IMG/VR virus record: IMGVR_UViG_3300044806_000023
Span: 1 to 45,913 of that record
Reading direction: 5' to 3' (one strand)
Source of the DNA: a virus
Lineage: Duplodnaviria > Caudoviricetes
DNA length: 45,913 bases
In this document: positions 36,742 through 45,857 of the stretch, piece after piece
Numbering within the stretch: the stretch's first letter is position 1
How the letters are laid out: the number at the start of each line of letters is the position of its first letter
Program-made: the position numbers and the translations under genes
Notes under the pieces: generated by a model
What the model saw: the letters and a program-made list of their open reading frames with translations, nothing else
Databases searched by the model: none
Told to the model about the DNA's origin: nothing

Positions 36742-37335
36742 TTAAACACCAGTGGTGTTGTTGTACTGATGAGTGTTGATCTTCACCAGCAACTCGGTGT
36801 AAACACCAGCAGAAGTGGCGGTCTCAGGGACCACGTCGATGACGCGCAATGGGATGGTTGCAGTTGTACCAGCACCGGTCAATGTCACGCCAAAAGCGCT
36901 ATCGCCAGTAGTAGTAGAACCTGCGTTCAACACCAAAGGAACGTTAGAACCAACGTCAGCACGGCTTGCAGTGCCCATAGTTGTACCAGAGGTAACAACG
37001 GCCACTTTGAACAGAGCTTGTTGGTCGTCCACAACGTAAGCTACAGCTGGGTTAGCAGATGTAGATGCGCCTGCGGGGATGTACTGACCTTGAACCAATT
37101 GGCCCGAAGAGTTAGTATATTGACCGCCCATCACAACACCGACGATACCGCCAGAGTTAGTTGTGGTTGATTTGATGAGATAGCCATCGCTAATCAGCAC
37201 GGTATCGCCATTGAAAATAGCGGTAGCGAAGCCAGTAGCCACGGGAATCTGACGGATTGCACCAGCGTATGGTTTACCGTCAAGCGAATTGACGGGCACC
37301 AAGCCATAAGGTGCCGAAACGGTAGGGTATGCCAT
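36742..37335 (-). CDS. Capsid stabilising/cement protein
   Basis: APYGLVPV..AIFNGD.V..AYVVDD..VKINTH; immediately upstream of the capsid gene. Confidence 0.7.
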   Translation of the reverse strand: MAYPTVSAPYGLVPVNSLDGKPYAGAIRQIPVATGFATAIFNGDTVLISDGYLIKSTTTNSGGIVGVVMGGQYTNSSGQLVQGQYIPAGASTSANPAVAYVVDDQQALFKVAVVTSGTTMGTASRADVGSNVPLVLNAGSTTTGDSAFGVTLTGAGTTATIPLRVIDVVPETATSAGVYTELLVKINTHQYNNTTGV

Positions 37336-37350
37336 TTAGGACTCCAAAAT

Positions 37351-37815
37351 TTAAGAACCAGAACCGAAAGTAACCTTCGACTTCTTGTCCGAGAACAAGG
37401 GCATACGAGGATCACTTTCACGAAGGAAATTGTTGTCCACGGACTCCATCTGAGACTTGTTCTGATTAGCGTAATACGCTGCTCGTTGATCCAAGAACTC
37501 CGACGGGATGCGGCAGAGCAACAAACCACCCACTTCAATGTTGCCTTTAAAGCGACCTTCAGTAGTAGCGTGCATCATGAGCTCAGGGTACTCCTCTGCT
37601 TTGCAGGGCTCGTAACCTTCGCGAAGCTTCGAAGAAATATTTGATGGGTCAGCGACACCAACAGTACTGGTACGAATCCAGCGATGAGTCCAGCCGGGGC
37701 GGGCATCAGGGCTAGGCAGAGTCTCGGGTGGACGCCACGCCGTTGGGCGTTGTGCGACCGTGCGATCTTCCAATTTACGATCCAGTCGGTTTTGTTTAGT
37801 ACCGTTTTCCATCAT
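37351..37815 (-). CDS. Conserved head-module protein
   Basis: W.PP..LP.P..PGW.HRWIR..LREGYEP..GGLLLCRIP. Confidence 0.75.
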   Translation of the reverse strand: MMENGTKQNRLDRKLEDRTVAQRPTAWRPPETLPSPDARPGWTHRWIRTSTVGVADPSNISSKLREGYEPCKAEEYPELMMHATTEGRFKGNIEVGGLLLCRIPSEFLDQRAAYYANQNKSQMESVDNNFLRESDPRMPLFSDKKSKVTFGSGS

Positions 37816-38813
37816 TCACCTCTCTTCAGCAAAGCAACCTGTTTAGCGTATTGTTCAATAGGGACACCGAGGCGGCGAGCGATCGCTGCTTCAGATGCCT
37901 TCAATCGAATACGATTAGGCGGGGTGCTACGTGAGGCCGGAGCCACTACAGTAGCGGGTTTTGTTGCACGGCGGGGAGTTTCCTCTTCAGCCGGTTCTGA
38001 CGTCTTTCGTGGAGGCGTTTCGTCATCCTCATAGCTCTGAGCACTTTCAAAATGCTCAGGAAATCGTTTGCGCATCGTTTTGTCGATGGTTCGGAAGTAC
38101 TCTTCACTTCCTACATAGCCCGAACCATACTCCTTTGCGAGCTTCTTGTCAAGCCCCATTGCAGTCATAGTCATTTCTTCGTCAACACCCCACCAATCGG
38201 AATTGGCTTCTACCCATTTCTGAGTACGTGGAGTCAGGCGAGGAGCCTCTTCTTGCGCGGGTTGTGCAGGTACGAAAGTTTCCTTCTCTTGCACCTCGAT
38301 CGGGCGCATGTTCTGGGCCTTCTCGATCTTCAGCGTTGCGCGGGCAATCTCGGCTTGGGCGTCGGCCTGAGCGTCAATATCACCTGCCTCAATGGCGTCG
38401 CGGTAGGCTTTCTTGGCGGAGCTCAGCTCGATGTCGGCGGACGACTTGGACTGCTCGATATAGGCTTGGCTACCGGTGGCAAGCTGCTGTTGGAGACGTT
38501 TGTTCTCGTCAATAACTTGGCGGGCATAGGCTTCAGCGGCCTGACGCTCACGCAAAGCTTCTTCTTTGGCGCGGCGTTCATCGTGGTAACCACGGGTGAA
38601 CTTCTTGATACGCGCTTGGACCTTCTCGTCGTACGAGTTCAACTCGTCATCTGATGGGTCTTCAGGAGGTGGCGCGGCTTTACGGCCACGGTCTTCTGGC
38701 GGGGTATCGTCCTCAATCTCTACTTCAAACTTGTCGTCTTCAGCAGCGGCTTGTTTAGCTTGTTTCGCTTCCTTCTCGTCAGGAAACTCGAACTCGTCTT
38801 CAAATTTGTCCAT
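37812..38813 (-). CDS. Capsid scaffolding protein
   Basis: Acidic N terminus, long coiled coil, C-terminal AIARRLGVPIEQYAK; lies between portal and capsid. Confidence 0.75.
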   Translation of the reverse strand: MDKFEDEFEFPDEKEAKQAKQAAAEDDKFEVEIEDDTPPEDRGRKAAPPPEDPSDDELNSYDEKVQARIKKFTRGYHDERRAKEEALRERQAAEAYARQVIDENKRLQQQLATGSQAYIEQSKSSADIELSSAKKAYRDAIEAGDIDAQADAQAEIARATLKIEKAQNMRPIEVQEKETFVPAQPAQEEAPRLTPRTQKWVEANSDWWGVDEEMTMTAMGLDKKLAKEYGSGYVGSEEYFRTIDKTMRKRFPEHFESAQSYEDDETPPRKTSEPAEEETPRRATKPATVVAPASRSTPPNRIRLKASEAAIARRLGVPIEQYAKQVALLKRGE

Positions 38814-38825
38814 TTCTAACTCCTA

Positions 38826-39239
38826 TTAAGCAACACGGCCAATACCGCGTGGGTCTTCCACAACTGCTTCAACCGAGTCATCATTGATGATGCGGAATTC
38901 ACGGCCATGAATCTTCAGGCGGGTGCCTGAATTGGGGCGGACGATGACGAAGTCACCTTCCTTGCATGACGGACCTGATGGGAAACGAGTCTCATCTTTG
39001 TACGCGTCAGGGCCAAGTTTCACTACGAACAACACAGAAGTCAGGACTTCTTCGTGATACATAGCTTGGCTAGATTTGATGATGCCTACTTCACTGTCGG
39101 CGTACTCTTCCATAGCCTCGGGGACTACACAAAGTACGTGAAAGCGCTTGGGATCAGGCAGTTGCTTCGCCTTATCCTCTGCGGGTTTGTTCAGAAGGCC
39201 GGACAGGTCTACTGCTCCCGCTAGGTTGATGTCATTCAT
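38826..39239 (-). CDS. GroES-like co-chaperonin
   Basis: LPDP..HVL..GII..VVKLGPDAY..CKEGDFV..GTRL..EFRIINDDSVEAVV; GGAG SD before ATG 39239. Confidence 0.85.
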   Translation of the reverse strand: MNDINLAGAVDLSGLLNKPAEDKAKQLPDPKRFHVLCVVPEAMEEYADSEVGIIKSSQAMYHEEVLTSVLFVVKLGPDAYKDETRFPSGPSCKEGDFVIVRPNSGTRLKIHGREFRIINDDSVEAVVEDPRGIGRVA

Positions 39240-39429
39240 CAGATTGCTCCATTCGTTGCACAAGGTCTTTGACAATGGTTTCTGCGTGAGTCAGACCTCG
39301 GATGACCCCACAGACGTGACGATACTCGTCAAACGTTTTAGCACCTCCTCCAGAGAGGAAGGAATTCTGGTCGCCACGGAGTTTGTCGATCTCCTTGGCG
39401 ATGTAAGCAAGCACTCGGCTGTTGTCCAA
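39232..39429 (-). CDS. Small conserved protein downstream of the portal
   Basis: AAGGAG SD with TTG; G.AKTFDEYR..CG.IRGL. Confidence 0.75.
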   Translation of the reverse strand: MDNSRVLAYIAKEIDKLRGDQNSFLSGGGAKTFDEYRHVCGVIRGLTHAETIVKDLVQRMEQSDE

Positions 39430-39432
39430 CTA

Positions 39433-41925
39433 TTACTCCTTCTTGTCGCGTGGCACACGGTTTTGCGCCATACGGTTTTGATGGGCCTGAGCTCGTTGCA
39501 TTTGCATCTGCGCCTTGCTCTTGGCGATTTCGATACCCATACGAGCACCGTCGGTCTCTTGCTGCTTGGCAATTTGATCGCGTTTCGCAGCGGCGGTAGC
39601 AGCCACTTGCATTGCAGCGATCTCTTTCTGGGCGGCAATTCGAGCCATTTCGATCTGTTGCTGGTTTTCTTTCGCACCTGCATCGACCATAAGTTTGCGC
39701 TCTTTGAGCTGCATTTCTTGTTGCTTGAGCTGGAGTTCCTGCTGTTGCATTTGTACAACAGGGTCCTGCATTTGTTGCTGGGCTTGCTGCTGCGCGGCTT
39801 CCTGCTTGTTCTGCTGGAGCATAGCTTGTGAGGCTTGAGCTGCGGCGATCGCAATCTGGTCGGCTTCCTCGGAAGACATGTGCTTCTGCTTGTCTTCGCC
39901 CGGCAACACGATGCCCATCTTCTCTTCCATCTGACGACGGTACTCGAACGCGACGTGCTCGTTGATGTGAGCCATCATTGCTGCTTGCAAGGCTTGAGCC
40001 TGTGGGTTCTGGCCAACGATCTGCATGATCTTGGGGTCCTGCATCGCTGCCATGTGAACACCCAAGTGAGCTTGGTGGTTCTGCTCCATGAACGCTTTCA
40101 CGGGCTTGCCGGTCAGGATGTTCATGTTCTCTTGCACTGGGTCGGTCGGCACTGCGTCGTCCTCAACTGGCACGAGCTTGTTGGCGTTCTTGATACCCAA
40201 CACTTCGATCATCTGGCGGTGAAGAAGGGGCAGGTTATACAACTGCGGTGCACTCTGGGCCAACTGCAACACTGCTTGGTATTGCACGACTTTTTGAGCC
40301 ATAGTGGCTGCGTTGGGGTCGGACACAGGGATGACATCCACCATGTCGTAGTCGGCTTTCTTAATAGCGCGACCGCCTTCTTCTGGTTCATACGCGTAAT
40401 CTTCTGGTGTGTAGTCGGCAATGATGACCTTGAGGAGTTTGAATTCCTGCTTCATCGCATAGTGCAAGCGGGCCTGCACAGCGGACATCACCTTCAGCGT
40501 ACGCTCCAACAGAGCCAGAGTCGTACCCACAGGAGCATTGGCGCTCATGTCGGACACGTTCATATCACCGGAAGATGCGAAGGCACGGCCCTCAGACACG
40601 ATCTGGTTGAACAACGTGAACAGAACCTGTGATGGCTCTTTGTAAGGCAACGGTAAGATGTTGTCGCGGATAGAACCCGATGGGACGTCTACGTCACGGA
40701 ACTCGCCCGGTTGGATTGGTGTGTCATCGCCCTTAATTCGCAAGCCGCGAGACTTGAGACCCCCCGGGAGGTTGGACAAGGTACCAGCATCGACGAGCTG
40801 ACGAATGAGCATGGTGGCGCTCTTCGCATAACCCCCGATGAGGTGAATGAGTCCGTAGCCATAAAAACCGAACCCCGGAATGTATTGGTAATGCACAAAG
40901 TGCTGGCGCTTGAGCTTGAGCGGGTCGTCTTCATACCAATTCCTACGGATGGCCAAGATTTTACGAGTGCCCTTCTCGATTGTCACCACGTATGGCAGAG
41001 CGATACCGGTGTCTTCCATGTCGCCATCGTCGTTCTCGTCTTGGTCTTCAAACCCTTCCAAGTCCAACATGACGTGCATCTCAAGCACGCGATAGCGGTC
41101 GTCCTGAATAGCAGACATGCCATTCTCTTCGGCCTTCTGCTTCTCAATGTCGTCCAACTCAACGATCGGATCGCCCAAGTCTTCATCAATGTAGAAGCCC
41201 GCATGTTGCAGTTTCTTCATCTCGTTCTCGGTCTTACGCATCACGTGGGTAACGCGCTCGGCATCCTCAATATTAGATGCGCCGTACGGAACCACGATGT
41301 CTTCAGCGGGAATGAACGTAGCAACTTGACGACCTTTCGATGGGTCGTAGTACACCTTCTTGAACGCGGAACCTGCCAATGGCAGAGACCACAACATCTT
41401 CTCGTGCTCGCTGCGGTACTCAGTCATCACCTCGGTGAGCTGGTAGTTCATGTCCTCACGGACGCGCGCGGCTGCTTCCTCTCGCATTACGTCAATAGCA
41501 CCAACGATTTGAGTTTTGACAGGTCCCATAGCTGGGAACGTCTCCATCATTGCCTCGGACTGGAAGCGAACAACTGACTCGGTGAGCATCGGGTGGAACA
41601 CACCGCAAGCGCCTTGCCATGGCTCGGTACGGTCTTCGTACTTCAAGCCCAACAGTTTCAAACCCTCAACATAGGTCTGAATCCATTCGCGTCGGTCGCC
41701 AGTATCTTTCTCGAAGTCCTCGACCAAGTCCATGCCCAAAGTCTGCAACGCGCTTGCGTCCATGAACTCTGCGAGGTTGGCATCAAAGTCTTCCGCAGTA
41801 CCTTCGGTCTCTGCGTCTAGGTGCTCGCCTTCTTCACCGGGTTCGAGCTCCAGCTCAATTTCCAAGTCTGGCATCTCTGCCAACTCAGACAAACCTTGAG
41901 GGGCTGCGTATAAACCTTTTTCCAT
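39433..41925 (-). CDS. Portal protein (podovirus type, Gln-rich barrel)
   Basis: 830 aa after TerL; HPMLTESVVRFQ; GSAFKKVYY; RQLVDAGTL; Gln-rich C terminus. Confidence 0.9.
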   Translation of the reverse strand: MEKGLYAAPQGLSELAEMPDLEIELELEPGEEGEHLDAETEGTAEDFDANLAEFMDASALQTLGMDLVEDFEKDTGDRREWIQTYVEGLKLLGLKYEDRTEPWQGACGVFHPMLTESVVRFQSEAMMETFPAMGPVKTQIVGAIDVMREEAAARVREDMNYQLTEVMTEYRSEHEKMLWSLPLAGSAFKKVYYDPSKGRQVATFIPAEDIVVPYGASNIEDAERVTHVMRKTENEMKKLQHAGFYIDEDLGDPIVELDDIEKQKAEENGMSAIQDDRYRVLEMHVMLDLEGFEDQDENDDGDMEDTGIALPYVVTIEKGTRKILAIRRNWYEDDPLKLKRQHFVHYQYIPGFGFYGYGLIHLIGGYAKSATMLIRQLVDAGTLSNLPGGLKSRGLRIKGDDTPIQPGEFRDVDVPSGSIRDNILPLPYKEPSQVLFTLFNQIVSEGRAFASSGDMNVSDMSANAPVGTTLALLERTLKVMSAVQARLHYAMKQEFKLLKVIIADYTPEDYAYEPEEGGRAIKKADYDMVDVIPVSDPNAATMAQKVVQYQAVLQLAQSAPQLYNLPLLHRQMIEVLGIKNANKLVPVEDDAVPTDPVQENMNILTGKPVKAFMEQNHQAHLGVHMAAMQDPKIMQIVGQNPQAQALQAAMMAHINEHVAFEYRRQMEEKMGIVLPGEDKQKHMSSEEADQIAIAAAQASQAMLQQNKQEAAQQQAQQQMQDPVVQMQQQELQLKQQEMQLKERKLMVDAGAKENQQQIEMARIAAQKEIAAMQVAATAAAKRDQIAKQQETDGARMGIEIAKSKAQMQMQRAQAHQNRMAQNRVPRDKKE

Positions 41926-41934
41926 GTCGTGTCC

Positions 41935-42201
41935 TTACTTTGACTCTTTGAGTGTTGCCCAATTTGTACGTGGGTCGTATTTGAAATCTGTGGCGGGACG
42001 GCCACTACGTTTGGAAGCGCGGTCTTTCGCACGCTGCTCTGCGGTCATATTATCCCGGGCTTTGCCCTTTTTGGTAAGTACCCCAGACTTTGTCATGTCG
42101 CCACGTTTTTTCAGGAGCGCGATCGCCAGCCCCTCGTCCCCCACCTGCGCGGTGAGGCGTTTGACCAGCTTGTTCTTACCGAGAAATTTCTGTGTAGCCA
42201 T
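41935..42201 (-). CDS. Small basic hypothetical protein
   Basis: Fills the TerL-portal gap exactly; Lys/Arg-rich. Confidence 0.75.
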   Translation of the reverse strand: MATQKFLGKNKLVKRLTAQVGDEGLAIALLKKRGDMTKSGVLTKKGKARDNMTAEQRAKDRASKRSGRPATDFKYDPRTNWATLKESK

Positions 42202-42203
42202 GT

Positions 42204-43730
42204 TTAGACGGTGTAGTACCGCTCCTTGCGGTGGTTACGGAACCACTGAATATCTTCCGGCTCGTCGCTCGGCAGTCGCAGGAACCCACCTTGGCGGAAT
42301 CGCATCAGTGCAAGTGTAGTCGCGTCAACCAAGTCATCATGCTCGCCTGATGGAAACGCAGCAATCTCGTCCACGAGCTCTTCAGCCCAGCGGGTTTTCG
42401 GCACCCAGACCTTGCCCGAGGCGATGATGTCAGAGACGGAGTTCAACCGAGCAATCTTGTCTTGGCCTTTTGACGGGGTGTACTCCATCACTGGGATACC
42501 CATGGCTCGCAACTCATAGATGAGCGGTGCGCCGGTCGCCTTCTTCTCGATCAACAGACCATCTGGCTCGTAGTCGTGGTACTCACGGAGCACGTCCTTC
42601 TTCAAGTCCACCCACTCCACACGCTTCTTATATGTATTCAGAAGAATGATGTTCTTGGAATGGTCCTTGTGATGTGTGAAGATGCCCCACGTAGTACCAG
42701 CTGAAAAGTCAGCCCGCTGGTGTTTCTCGAACGCGGTATCCCACGTCTGAAGAATGTACTCGCACTGAGGGGGTTCGTCCTCTTCCCACCACTGCCACCA
42801 GTCGCGCTTAACAATCGCACTTTCATTGCCCACAGGGTTCTGTTGGTACTGCGCTTGCCACTTCGAATTCGGGAGTTCTTCGCGAAGCGCAGATAGTTCA
42901 CCCATTGACCAAAACTCAGGCCAGAGAGGGTTACCCGAGGGAAGGATTGCCGGAAACTCAATGACTTCCCAGTCGGTTTCGCCACGTAACGCTGCATTTT
43001 TAAGCACCTGTCCTGTCAAATCACGCTGAGCCCAGCGCGTCATCACGATCACAATCGCCCCACCGGGTTGCAGACGCTGACGCGGACCTGACGTGTACCA
43101 CTCGTAGACCTTATCGTAGACTTCTGGGTTGGTAGCTGCCATCGCAGCCTCTTGTTCTGAGTGCGGGTCGTCAATAATGAGCAAGTCAGCGCCCTTACCG
43201 GTCACCGCACCGCCCACACCGATCGCAAAATAGTCACCGCCCTTGGATGTGTTCCACCGGCCCGCCGCTTTTGAGTCAGATTGCAATCCCAATTCGGGAA
43301 AAATGTCGTGATACTGCTCGGTATCCACCAAGTTACGCACTTTTCGACCAAAACCCACCGCCAATTCAGCAGTGTGGGACGTCTGAATGACTTTTTTGCC
43401 CGGATATTTGCCCAAAAACCAAGCTGGGAGCAGGTATGAGGCGAATTCTGACTTCGTATGACGTGGCGGCATGTTGATAATCAGCCGTTTACAGGTCCCG
43501 TTGGCCACTCGCTCGAACGCTTCAGCCATCCGCTTGTGGTGTCGACCGGCAATGAACGTCGGCCAGACCGTTTCCACGAACTTGATGAACTTCTCCTGCA
43601 TCAGCTCTCTGCTCTTGAGCTCTTCGAGCTTCGCAAGCTGAGCTTCCAACACCCGCTGGTCCGATTCCGAGAGACTCGGGAGGACTTTCAGGACGTCCGC
43701 TAGGGACATGTTGTCTATATTGATGCTCAT
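42204..43730 (-). CDS. terL: Terminase large subunit
   Basis: INMPPRHTKS Walker A, LLIIDDP Walker B, MTRW, WDTA and HDDLVDA nuclease motifs. Confidence 0.95.
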   Translation of the reverse strand: MSINIDNMSLADVLKVLPSLSESDQRVLEAQLAKLEELKSRELMQEKFIKFVETVWPTFIAGRHHKRMAEAFERVANGTCKRLIINMPPRHTKSEFASYLLPAWFLGKYPGKKVIQTSHTAELAVGFGRKVRNLVDTEQYHDIFPELGLQSDSKAAGRWNTSKGGDYFAIGVGGAVTGKGADLLIIDDPHSEQEAAMAATNPEVYDKVYEWYTSGPRQRLQPGGAIVIVMTRWAQRDLTGQVLKNAALRGETDWEVIEFPAILPSGNPLWPEFWSMGELSALREELPNSKWQAQYQQNPVGNESAIVKRDWWQWWEEDEPPQCEYILQTWDTAFEKHQRADFSAGTTWGIFTHHKDHSKNIILLNTYKKRVEWVDLKKDVLREYHDYEPDGLLIEKKATGAPLIYELRAMGIPVMEYTPSKGQDKIARLNSVSDIIASGKVWVPKTRWAEELVDEIAAFPSGEHDDLVDATTLALMRFRQGGFLRLPSDEPEDIQWFRNHRKERYYTV

Positions 43731-43891
43731 TTTTTGGTTTTGTTACGTTTCTTTAAACCGCCGGGGTGGCTAGATAGCAGCCCTGCGTCGATGATCTGCC
43801 TTTTGTATTTGTCGAGTTCTCGGCGCAACTGCTCCACTTCCGGAGTTTCAATCTCCAGCTTCACTTTAAAAAGGTTGAGGCTCACGTTCAT
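43727..43891 (-). CDS. 54-aa hypothetical protein missing from the ORF track (MNVSLNLFKVKLEIETPEVEQLRRELDKYKRQIIDAGLLSSHPGGLKKRNKTKK)
   Basis: ATGA overlaps with both the upstream gene and TerL. Confidence 0.7.
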   Translation of the reverse strand: MNVSLNLFKVKLEIETPEVEQLRRELDKYKRQIIDAGLLSSHPGGLKKRNKTKK

Positions 43892-44598
43892 TTTTTGGTT
43901 TTCTTACCTTTTGAGCCTGACGTTTCTTCAATAGTTACGTCTACTTGACACTCTGGCTCTTCTGTATCTTCTACAGTATCAGTAGTATTGTTTTCCCCGG
44001 GGGATAAACTTTCATCTTCCGTGAACTCCCCTTCCCTCATCGGGCCGAGGTGGGCATCCAAGTCGTCCAGTGGAAGCACGTCTGTAACTTCTGCGTTCAT
44101 CAGACGTTTGACGCGTTCTTTAATAGAGTCTTCCAATCCCTTGGAAGTTGTGTGGTGCACAGTAATTTCTGAGCGCTCGGTAAAAAGCCCGATGTCGCTG
44201 TGTTTGCCCAAGAGCTCAAGTGCCTTGAGTTCCAGCTTCGGGTCGCCGCAGTCGGCCATAGCCACAAGCTTGTTTGTTACGAAATTGCGCGCTTGCTGCA
44301 CATCCGCAAATACTTGGAAGTCGTATTCCTTGATGGCCACCGCCAGCACTTTGGCTGTTCCCGTTTTGGAAATGGTGGTGGGTGCGTTGGGTTTTACTTT
44401 ACCGGTGGCTAGCGCAGCAGCAGCTTGGAAATCTTTTGCGTCGTAATCAAGGGAGGCACCGAGGCGCTCGACCAAGTCGACTGTGTTTGCAGCAATAGCA
44501 ATGCTATCCGCATGAGTCGCAGGTTGCTCATCGGACAAGTCAAAGGGCAGAGGTTTGTCTGCGCTAGGCTGGATTTCAATCATAAATTGTGTTTGCAC
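43888..44598 (-). CDS. Probable terminase small subunit
   Basis: LKALELLGKH..GLFTER motif; upstream of TerL; start may be ATG 44583. Confidence 0.7.
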   Translation of the reverse strand: MQTQFMIEIQPSADKPLPFDLSDEQPATHADSIAIAANTVDLVERLGASLDYDAKDFQAAAALATGKVKPNAPTTISKTGTAKVLAVAIKEYDFQVFADVQQARNFVTNKLVAMADCGDPKLELKALELLGKHSDIGLFTERSEITVHHTTSKGLEDSIKERVKRLMNAEVTDVLPLDDLDAHLGPMREGEFTEDESLSPGENNTTDTVEDTEEPECQVDVTIEETSGSKGKKTKK

Positions 44599-44755
44599 CG
44601 GGTTAACGGGAAGGGGTTGTTGGAGCTTGGGCCTGTAGCTCTATCGTGTGTTGATAAAACTCCGAACTCCAACAATAAAGAAGACTGCAAGGGGGCACTG
44701 GGGGACCCAAAGCAAACCCAGAATTTCAGACCTATACAGCAATCTTCTTTATTTT

Positions 44756-44831
44756 TGGCTCCCCGACGTGGGCTCGAACCACGGACCCTGTGATTAACAG
44801 TCACATGCTCTACCGGCTGAGCTATCGAGGA
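44756..44831 (-). tRNA. tRNA-Asn(GTT)
   Basis: 76 nt; acceptor TCCTCGA/TCGGGGA, D arm GCTC/GAGC, anticodon arm TGTGA-CTGTTAA-TCACA, T arm with GTTCGA, encoded CCA. Confidence 0.95.
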
Positions 44832-45098
44832 ACATCACCAACGGGGCCGACTATACAACAAAATTTAAAAAATAAAAATATACCCCCCGGGGGTGGACGA
44901 AAAGAAAAGTAAGGGGGTGGGTTTCTACATAAATTAAGGGACTATATCGTGGTACAAAATATATAGGGGTACCCCCATTTTTAAAAACGCAACATTGTTT
45001 GTGCAGAACCCAGTGTATGGGACCCACGGGACTCCTTCATGGCGTTTGGGTGGGTGGGGTACGGGTGGGGCTGGCGTTTCCTGTATTTGCGAACCCGT

Positions 45099-45128
45099 AC
45101 CCGCTCGGCGATTCTGACAAATGTCAGA
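45099..45128. repeat. Repeat copy 1: ACCCGCTCGGCGA + TCTGACA-AA-TGTCAGA
   Basis: 16-bp palindrome at 45113-45128. Confidence 0.9.
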
Positions 45129-45140
45129 TATACATAAGGG

Positions 45141-45176
45141 CTCGACCCGCTCGGCGACATCTGACAAATGTCAGAT
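45141..45176. repeat. Repeat copy 2
   Basis: CTCGACCCGCTCGGCG, then the palindrome at 45160-45175. Confidence 0.9.
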
Positions 45177-45229
45177 TTAATACTCAAGTATTCATAGGGT
45201 TTGTCCCTAGAAAATAATTTGCCAAACGT

Positions 45230-45257
45230 TTGACATTGTCTAATTGTGTGATACAAT
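45230..45257 (+). promoter_or_regulatory. Sigma70-type early promoter with extended -10
   Basis: TTGACA 45230-45235, 16-nt spacer ending TGA, TACAAT 45252-45257. Confidence 0.8.
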
Positions 45258-45316
45258 AAACACATGGCAGAGAAAAGAACGGTTCTTTTCCCCATACTTT
45301 GAAAGAGGTAACTCAA

Positions 45317-45838
45317 ATGACTAAATCGACAAAAGCCCCTGCATCAATCAACGTAACAGCCGCCACCGAATCAAGCGTTCAAATTGTGCTCGACTCAATA
45401 AACGCTCTTGATAAAGTGCTCGACAAATGGGTTGAGATTGAAGGCAAAGCGGGAAAGATTCAGGCAGACTATGCCACCCAAATGGATGCGACATTCGGCA
45501 AAGGCTGGTGGAGCGCAAAGGGTGAAATTGGCAAAGCGGTAAAAGCCGCTCACGACCGATTCGTTGAGCGTATGAGTACGCTCGGCAAAAAGCGTGCCAA
45601 TATTGACCAAATGTGGAAACGGGTAAAAGAATTGTGCGGTTACGTTACAAAAGAAAAAGCCACAGCCACAGCCAATGCAACGGGTGGAGACGTTTCAATA
45701 ATTGACGCTAAGACAATCGCCGAACTCAAGACAATTTACAATCGCTTCACCAATGCAACAGAGGACGAAGCGCCCTTGTCTTACAAAATCAAGGCTGAGT
45801 TTGAGAACATTCTCGACCAGCTCGGCGTTGAAATCTGA
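45317..45838 (+). CDS. First early-region hypothetical protein (173 aa)
   Basis: GAGGT SD, own promoter and terminator. Confidence 0.8.
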   Translation: MTKSTKAPASINVTAATESSVQIVLDSINALDKVLDKWVEIEGKAGKIQADYATQMDATFGKGWWSAKGEIGKAVKAAHDRFVERMSTLGKKRANIDQMWKRVKELCGYVTKEKATATANATGGDVSIIDAKTIAELKTIYNRFTNATEDEAPLSYKIKAEFENILDQLGVEI

Positions 45839-45849
45839 CAAATGTCAGA
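45812..45849. repeat. Repeat copy 3, overlapping the stop codon of the early gene
   Basis: CTCGACCAGCTCGGCG, then the palindrome at 45834-45849. Confidence 0.85.
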
Positions 45850-45857
45850 AACCCCCG

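Noticed and set aside
43973-44017. Possible nested 14-codon ORF in the acidic tail of TerS
   Set aside because: Poor SD spacing and too short to support
44425-45316. ORFs 44425-44793, 44580-44804, 44934-45167, 44981-45316, 44999-45217
   Set aside because: They overlap TerS, the tRNA, repeats or the promoter and have non-protein-like composition
45099-45849. Mini-CRISPR array formed by the palindromic repeats
   Set aside because: Only two adjacent copies with a very short unique gap; the third is about 650 bp away inside a gene; no cas operon
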